Positions 58,302-64,000 of a stretch of DNA of 64,000 nucleotides are shown piece by piece. Below the pieces are notes generated by a model, which ran no database searches, was not told where the DNA came from, and was given only the letters and a program-made list of their open reading frames with translations. How positions within the stretch are numbered: the stretch's first letter is position 1; each line of letters starts with the position of its first letter. The stretch is from an uncultured Verrucomicrobiae bacterium (GTDB lineage Bacteria; Verrucomicrobiota; Verrucomicrobiia; Chthoniobacterales; Chthoniobacteraceae). The position numbers and the translations under genes were made by a program. The stretch spans positions 480,001 to 544,000 of the forward strand of contig CAVYKI010000006.1 of the NCBI GenBank assembly GCA_963769025.1, read 5' to 3'.

Positions 58302-58970
58302 TCAGGCGAACCACGCCGCGAGGTCGGCGACCTGGAGCTCGTCGAGGCGGTGGACGACGCGGTCGGCGTGGCCGTCGAGGGCTGTGGCGGAGTTGGTCGT
58401 GGCGACGCCGACGGCTTTCATTCCGCCGGTGTGCGCAGCCTTCAGCCCGGCAAAGGAATCCTCGAAGACGACGCATTTCTCCGGGTCGCGGCGGATGAGG
58501 AGCGCGGCCTTGATGAACACCTCGGGGTTCGGCTTTCCGAGCTGTACATTTTCCGAGGTGATGACGCCGCGGAAGAACGGGCCGAGGCGGACCTTAGCCA
58601 TCGAGACCTCGATGTTCGCGAGGTGGGTGGAGGTGCCGACGGAGCAGGGGACGTTGGCCTCATGGAGCCGCTCGAGCCAGTCCCTCACGCCGGGCATGGG
58701 ATCGAGTTCACGCCCGACGACGAGTTCGCGGTAGAGCGCTTCCTTGCGCAGCGAGAGGCGCATGATCTCCGCGGGGTCGGTGGTCCAGCCGAGGATTTCG
58801 GGAATGATGATCTCGTTCTTGCGGCCGAACCCGAGGATGAAGTGGTCGCCGGGCAGCGTGCGCCCTTCTTCCTCCGCGAGGAGTTCCCACGAGCGTTCGT
58901 GGCTGGCGGAGGAGTCGATGATGACGCCATCCCAGTCGAAGATGGCACCCCAGGCGGCTTCTTCCGGCAT
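58302..58970 (-). CDS. HAD family phosphatase (beta-phosphoglucomutase-like)
   Basis: FDWDGVI, GKPNP, VFEDS. Confidence 0.9.
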   Translation of the reverse strand: MPEEAAWGAIFDWDGVIIDSSASHERSWELLAEEEGRTLPGDHFILGFGRKNEIIIPEILGWTTDPAEIMRLSLRKEALYRELVVGRELDPMPGVRDWLERLHEANVPCSVGTSTHLANIEVSMAKVRLGPFFRGVITSENVQLGKPNPEVFIKAALLIRRDPEKCVVFEDSFAGLKAAHTGGMKAVGVATTNSATALDGHADRVVHRLDELQVADLAAWFA

Positions 58971-58972
58971 GG

Positions 58973-60454
58973 CTACTCGAGATGGCTGAGCACGGGCAGG
59001 CCGTATTGCGCCTGCACCATGCGATTGGTTTTCTCGGCCTCGGCGGCGTCGAGGTAGATCGTCTTGGGATCCTCCTCGAATTCGACCTTGTGAAATCCGT
59101 TCTCGGGCTTCGCGAGCGCCCTCGGGACGTCGTCGAGCGTCTGCAGCTCGACGCCGTTGATTTTTTTCACCAGCAGGTGGTTCAGGTCCTCGTATCCGAC
59201 CGTCGCGGAGGTCGGCAGCACGCGGCTGAGGAAGACCAGCTTCTTCGGGCCGTCCTTGAACAGCTCGGTCTGGTAGCGGTCGTAAAACACGAGCCGCTCC
59301 GGTGCGCGCCGCAGCCAGTCGGCCCCGAAATCCTTGAGATACTGCCGCGAGAGCTCCTGGAGGATGAGGCCGCCGGCGATCGCGAACCGCGGCCGGCGAT
59401 CGATGATGTACGGTTCGCTGGTGAGGCTCGTCGGCGATTGCCGCGAGAGCTGGACTTCGAGCGTCTTATGTTCGGTGCCGCGGAGGACGTGCAGCTTCAT
59501 CTTGTCGCCGACGAAATGATGCGTGTTGAACAGGTGGCCCACCGGGATTTTTCCGTAAGCGGGGTCGTTGAAGTTGCCGTCCTTATCCACGGCGAAGTCA
59601 TCCACCGCGACGAGCACGTCGCCCTTTTGCAGGCCGGCCGCGGCGGCGGGCGCGTCCTTGAGGACGTCGGTGATGTAAACGCCGCCGGACACGTCGTCGG
59701 GGATCTTTGCGTAGCGGCGCAGCGCGGGATCGCGCGTCGGGCTGTAGGCGTAGCCGACCCGCGGGAAGCCCTTGTAGTTCCCGGACGAGGCGTCCTTCAG
59801 GAAATGCTGGATCACGGGCGCGGAGATGACGTTCGCGTTGTTCGACTGGCCGTCGAAGCCCATCAGCACGCCGGTGAGCCTGCCGTTGTTCACGACGGGC
59901 AACGTGAAGCTGCTCTCGCGGCCCTGGAGTTGCACCGTCACGCGGTAGATGAGGAAGTTTCCGAACACCGGATAGTTCGCCATCTCCGCCGTGGTCATGG
60001 GGCCTTTCGTGACGAGCAGACGCCCGTTGTTTTCGAGCTGCCACACGCTGAGCTGATCGCCGATGGCGCTTTCCGCGACCTGCAATGGCGGAAAGCTGGC
60101 GAGGAATTCCGGACTGTCGGCCTTCAGCAGCGCGAGGTTTGCCTCGTAGTCCACGGTCTCCACCGTGGCGGGGACCTTGCGCCCGCCCTCGGGCCGCTCG
60201 AGTTCGAGGTAGGTGGAATTTGCGACCAGTTCGGCGGCGACGAGCACGCGCTGGCCGGCGATGACCGCGCCGATGGCGCGGCGCGTGAACGGCTGCCGCT
60301 TGCCCCAAGGGCGGTGGAAATCCCACGCCTGCGTGGTGACGTTCACGCGCACGACGCTCAATTCAGCCTCGGCGCGCAGGCCGTCGGATGCGAGGAACAG
60401 GAGCGCGAGGAGGAGCGAAATGCGGTGCATGGGAAATCGGGGAAAGGGATTCAT
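58973..60454 (-). CDS. Deg/HtrA-like trypsin + 2 PDZ protein with degenerate catalytic triad (pseudoprotease)
   Basis: Colinear with the upstream protease, but AAELV, YEANLAL and RESSFTLP occupy the triad motif positions. Confidence 0.8.
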   Translation of the reverse strand: MNPFPRFPMHRISLLLALLFLASDGLRAEAELSVVRVNVTTQAWDFHRPWGKRQPFTRRAIGAVIAGQRVLVAAELVANSTYLELERPEGGRKVPATVETVDYEANLALLKADSPEFLASFPPLQVAESAIGDQLSVWQLENNGRLLVTKGPMTTAEMANYPVFGNFLIYRVTVQLQGRESSFTLPVVNNGRLTGVLMGFDGQSNNANVISAPVIQHFLKDASSGNYKGFPRVGYAYSPTRDPALRRYAKIPDDVSGGVYITDVLKDAPAAAAGLQKGDVLVAVDDFAVDKDGNFNDPAYGKIPVGHLFNTHHFVGDKMKLHVLRGTEHKTLEVQLSRQSPTSLTSEPYIIDRRPRFAIAGGLILQELSRQYLKDFGADWLRRAPERLVFYDRYQTELFKDGPKKLVFLSRVLPTSATVGYEDLNHLLVKKINGVELQTLDDVPRALAKPENGFHKVEFEEDPKTIYLDAAEAEKTNRMVQAQYGLPVLSHLE

Positions 60455-60456
60455 CT

Positions 60457-61941
60457 TCAGCGGGGCGAGAGCGATGGCGCGTCTTCGAGACGTTCCTCAT
60501 TGAGCACGTTGTAGCGCTGGCGGATTCGGTCGCGCGCGGTCTCGAGGTCGGCATGCTGGAGCACCAGCGGGCGCCCGATTCCCTCGAACTCGATGACATA
60601 TTCCTCCGCCGGTTTCAGGAAGGCCGCCGAGAGCTCCTTCATGTTCCGGATCTTGGTGCCGTTCACCTTGTCGAGGATGCCCTCGCGGAACTCGTCGAGG
60701 TAGGTATTGATCGGATCCGGCAGCAGCGCGGTGAGGATGATCACTTCGTCGCGCTCCTTGTAGAGCTCCTTGTCGATGAAGTGCGCGAAGTAATGGAAGA
60801 TGCGCGGATTTGCGAACTGGTAGGTCACCACGAGATTCCGGTTCATCGGCTGGAAGAGCAGCCCGCCGAACATGATATACTTCGGCGCATCGTAGCTCGT
60901 GGCCTGGTGGATGTACGGCCACGCCTGCGTGAAAGTGATTTCCTCCGTCATCCGCTTCCCTGCGCGCAACAGTTCAAACTTCACGGTGTCGCCCTTGAAC
61001 TTCCGCTCGGCGACCTCCGCCATCAGCATCCGTTCGCCATCGATCTGCACCATGCCGTCGCTCTCAATGTCGCGGCCGTCGATTTTCAGCAGCACGTCGC
61101 CCTCCTGCAGTTTGCCAAAGCACGCGCTCGCGCTGCCCACGCTCGTCACCGCCATGCCGCGGCCATCATCCGGCAGGCCGGCTGCGCGGCGGTATGCGGC
61201 GTTTTGCAGCGGAAAGGTGCCGATGCTCAGGTCCATGTAGCGGTCGTAGTGGCCGTCCTCGATGTCCTTCAGGAAATGCCCGATCACCGGTGTCGGGATC
61301 ATATATCCGACATTCTGCGCGTCCGCGCCTCCGAGCCCCTGAAATGCCACGCCGACGACCTTGCCGTCCTTCAGCACCGGTCCGCCCGAGTTGCCGGGAT
61401 TGATCGCGGCATCAATCTGAATGCAGAGGTGCGAATCCATCACCGAGTGCGCGTAGGTCCGGAAATCGACGCGCGAGACGATGCCCTTTGTCACGCTCAT
61501 GCGCTCGCCGCCGATCGGGTAGCCGTACACGGACACGGCCGTCTCGATCTCCGGAACGCCGCCGATCTCCAGCGGCCGCGTGTCCTTCCAAAAGGCCGGA
61601 TCCTCCACCTTCAGCAGGGCCAGGTCGCAGTCGTGCGCGATGAACTCCACCGTCGCCACGTACTTCTTCGGGTCATTCTCCTTTTCCACCGTGAGGAGGC
61701 GTGCGTTGGAGACCACGTGCGCGTTGGTCATCAGGCGATCCTTTTTCACCACCCAGCCCGTGCCCGAACCGCCGCTCATCGGTCCCGGCAGCCACGGCAC
61801 GCGGTAGTTGAATTCCTGCGCGGTATTGCTGATCCGGCAGAGCGACTTCCGGATTTCACCCGGCTGTGCGTGGAGGGAGGGGAGGAGGAACAGTGCGGCG
61901 GCTGCGAGCCAGATGCGGCGTGTCATTCGGGCGCGGAACAT
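60457..61941 (-). CDS. Serine protease, Do/Deg2-Deg9-like (trypsin + 2 PDZ)
   Basis: TNAHVV, HDCDLAL, IDAAINPGNSGGP; start may be MTRRIW at 61926. Confidence 0.92.
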   Translation of the reverse strand: MFRARMTRRIWLAAAALFLLPSLHAQPGEIRKSLCRISNTAQEFNYRVPWLPGPMSGGSGTGWVVKKDRLMTNAHVVSNARLLTVEKENDPKKYVATVEFIAHDCDLALLKVEDPAFWKDTRPLEIGGVPEIETAVSVYGYPIGGERMSVTKGIVSRVDFRTYAHSVMDSHLCIQIDAAINPGNSGGPVLKDGKVVGVAFQGLGGADAQNVGYMIPTPVIGHFLKDIEDGHYDRYMDLSIGTFPLQNAAYRRAAGLPDDGRGMAVTSVGSASACFGKLQEGDVLLKIDGRDIESDGMVQIDGERMLMAEVAERKFKGDTVKFELLRAGKRMTEEITFTQAWPYIHQATSYDAPKYIMFGGLLFQPMNRNLVVTYQFANPRIFHYFAHFIDKELYKERDEVIILTALLPDPINTYLDEFREGILDKVNGTKIRNMKELSAAFLKPAEEYVIEFEGIGRPLVLQHADLETARDRIRQRYNVLNEERLEDAPSLSPR

Positions 61942-61998
61942 GAACCGCGCGCGCCGCGATGCAAACGGAAAGAGGGAAAGGGCGGCGCGAAGCAGTGG

Positions 61999-62745
61999 CT
62001 AAAACGCGCCGATGCGCCAGAGGGCGACGAAGGCGGCGAAGGCGAGGATGAGGCCATCGAAGAGGCGCTGCGGGACGTGATGCAGCAGCCAGCGGCCGAG
62101 GAAGAGGCCGGCGAGGATGACGGGTGCCAGGACGAGATTGAAGAGCAGCGTGTCGCCGCGGATGAGGCCGAGGTGGAGGCTGAAGGGAATTTTGTAGAGA
62201 TTGATGAGCAGGAAGAACCACGCGCTGGTGCCGGCAAACTGGAATTTCGGCAGGCCGACGGAGAGGAAGTAGAGCCCCATGACGGGGCCGGCTGCGTTCG
62301 CCATCATCGTGGTGATGCCGGCGAGCAGGCCCATCGTGGAGGCGAAGGGCAGCGAGTGAGGGACATGCTCGAACATCGCGGGCTTCCACATTCGCCAGAG
62401 CTGCACGAGGACGAGCACGAGCACCGTCCAGCCGATGATGGGCCGGTAGGCTCCCGCCGGCACGAGCGTCATGAGCCACATCCCGATGGCGACGCCGATG
62501 CACGCAATGGGCAGCGTGCGGCCGACGTGCCGCCAGACGGCGTGGCGCTTGAACGCGATGACCGCGAAGATGTCGCCGATGCAAAGCATGGGCAGCACGA
62601 TGCCGGTGGAATCCCTGTCGCCGAAGATGGACGCCATGACGAGCACGTGCACGAGCGAGACGCCTGAGAAGCCGCTCTTTGCCACGCCGACGCCGAGTGC
62701 CGCGATGATGCAGAGCAGCCATTGGGCGACGGTGAGCGAGGGCAT
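61999..62745 (-). CDS. Sulfite exporter TauE/SafE family protein
   Basis: GVAKSGFSG, LPMLCIGD, ANAAGP, NLYKIPF; about 8 TMs. Confidence 0.88.
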   Translation of the reverse strand: MPSLTVAQWLLCIIAALGVGVAKSGFSGVSLVHVLVMASIFGDRDSTGIVLPMLCIGDIFAVIAFKRHAVWRHVGRTLPIACIGVAIGMWLMTLVPAGAYRPIIGWTVLVLVLVQLWRMWKPAMFEHVPHSLPFASTMGLLAGITTMMANAAGPVMGLYFLSVGLPKFQFAGTSAWFFLLINLYKIPFSLHLGLIRGDTLLFNLVLAPVILAGLFLGRWLLHHVPQRLFDGLILAFAAFVALWRIGAF

Positions 62746-62890
62746 GAAGGCGCGGACGTTTGCAACGCGGGCACGCGACGGCAAGCAGCAAGCCCTCGCG
62801 GTGCAGCAGTGCATCCCGGGGCGTCCGCGCCGGGTTGAGGCTTGATTGCGCGGGCCCATGGTGCAGCTTTCGCGGCGATTCCATCCCCTC

Positions 62891-63412
62891 GTGAAAGTCA
62901 TCCTCGCAGTCCTTGCAGCCGGCGTTTTGCTCGCCGACACGGCGTCCGCTATTCCGCAGACTTTCAGCGGTGTGAACGGTTTCGCGAACGCCGTCGGCAT
63001 GGCGTTCGAGCAATACGCGGCGTCCGCCGATCCGTGGGCGCCGGGCGCGGAACTGAAGGGCCCGTGGAAACCTCGCGACGGCAAACCGGCGAAGGCGGGC
63101 GCGGTGGAAACGCTCGACCTCGGTGTCGATGCGACGGTATTTGGCATCGCCGCGGCGCAGGTGTCCGCGGAGCGCGTGGCGGGCGTGGTGCGGCGATTCA
63201 CGGTGCGGTTCGTCGAGGGGAAATCGACGAACGGCAAGGCACGCGCGGGCGGGCTTTACGAGCAGGTGCTGGCAAATCTCAAGGCGCTCGCGGGCGAGGC
63301 GAAGTCGGTGGCGCCGAGCGGCGGGAAGACGTTTCGCCACGAGTCGGCGCTCATCACGGCGCGCAAGGCGGGCGGAAAGGAAGTGATCGTGGAATTCACT
63401 CCGGCGAAGTGA
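62891..63412 (+). CDS. Exported hypothetical protein
   Basis: GTG start with signal peptide KVILAVLAAGVLLADTASA. Confidence 0.65.
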   Translation: MKVILAVLAAGVLLADTASAIPQTFSGVNGFANAVGMAFEQYAASADPWAPGAELKGPWKPRDGKPAKAGAVETLDLGVDATVFGIAAAQVSAERVAGVVRRFTVRFVEGKSTNGKARAGGLYEQVLANLKALAGEAKSVAPSGGKTFRHESALITARKAGGKEVIVEFTPAK

Positions 63413-64000
63413 ACGCGTCTGCCGGCCGGCAGTGGCTGCGGGTGGCGATCCTGCTCTGCGGGATGGCGGGCGCGGTGTGCGGGCAGCTTGTGTTCCGCGC
63501 TGCGACGCGGACTTTTCCGGCGCCGGATGCGCTGAAGAACGCGGCGCTGTGGGATGCGCCCGAATTTCTCAGCGGCTGGGGCGCGGTGTCCGCGACTGCG
63601 CCGGAGGAGCACCGGAACTTTGGGGGGAAATGCGACGTGTTCGGTCACACGGCGCAGGCGGTGCACGGATTGTTCGAGCGCGGGCGCCTCACGGGAATCA
63701 CGGTCGTGGTGCTGGATGCCGGTGCGTGGTTCGGCTTCGTGCCGACGGCGGACGCGAAGCGTGTCGCAGCGGTGAAGGGGCCGCAGTTTGCGGCGCTCTA
63801 CAAGCAGACCGCGGCCGACGTGGAGCGCGGGCTCGCCGCACTCGCGGGTGGCGCGGGGAAGAAGGTCGCGTTCGTGGACAAGGGCGTGCTGAAACACGAC
63901 GTGCTCGTCTTTCACACCGGTGACCTGTGGGTGAGGCTCACGGTGCGCGAAAACCAGCTCGTGAAATTCACCGTGACGCGCACGGAGGCGGAAGCGACCA
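63409..64000 (+). CDS. Hypothetical protein (runs off window), apparent paralog of the upstream gene
   Basis: GTGA overlap; manual translation MNASAGRQWLRVAILLCGMAGAVCG...DVFGHTAQAV...LYKQ...LAALAGG, no stop seen. Confidence 0.65.
   Translation, partial: MNASAGRQWLRVAILLCGMAGAVCGQLVFRAATRTFPAPDALKNAALWDAPEFLSGWGAVSATAPEEHRNFGGKCDVFGHTAQAVHGLFERGRLTGITVVVLDAGAWFGFVPTADAKRVAAVKGPQFAALYKQTAADVERGLAALAGGAGKKVAFVDKGVLKHDVLVFHTGDLWVRLTVRENQLVKFTVTRTEAEAT

Noticed and set aside
1..64000. CRISPR array, prophage, IS elements, defence systems, rRNA
   Set aside because: No repeat-spacer arrays or recognisable cas, phage, transposase or rRNA sequence seen

Overview
GC-rich bacterial chromosome segment, most consistent with Verrucomicrobiota (Chthoniobacter/Spartobacteria-like). 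This is inferred from the PVC-type CxxCH heme protein, DUF1080, the prepilin-type protein and the repeat families. Left to right it holds: housekeeping genes (mlaE, dapF, ispF, suhB, coaC, gmk, yicC) with a DUF58/BatA/vWA trio; an unlisted 23-aa Lys/Ala microprotein with its own RBS and terminator; tag and pcm; a ~18 kb acyl-CoA catabolic locus; tRNA-Ser(CGA); a PVC heme/sugar-dehydrogenase-like gene; maf and miaB; a sugar-acid operon; a Wza/Wzc exopolysaccharide module; an exported thiol/heme redox cluster; and an active plus catalytically dead Deg-type protease pair. The acyl-CoA locus comprises prpD-prpB-prpC plus a TPP keto-acid decarboxylase, three acyl-CoA ligases, a Cys-less thiolase-like protein with a DUF35 partner, an acyl-CoA dehydrogenase, a naturally split IcmF-type B12 mutase and a canonical SCP2-type thiolase. 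Seven +1 frameshifts in four genes look like sequencing errors. No integrase, transposase or CRISPR array was seen. All calls come from motif recognition by eye; no searches were run.
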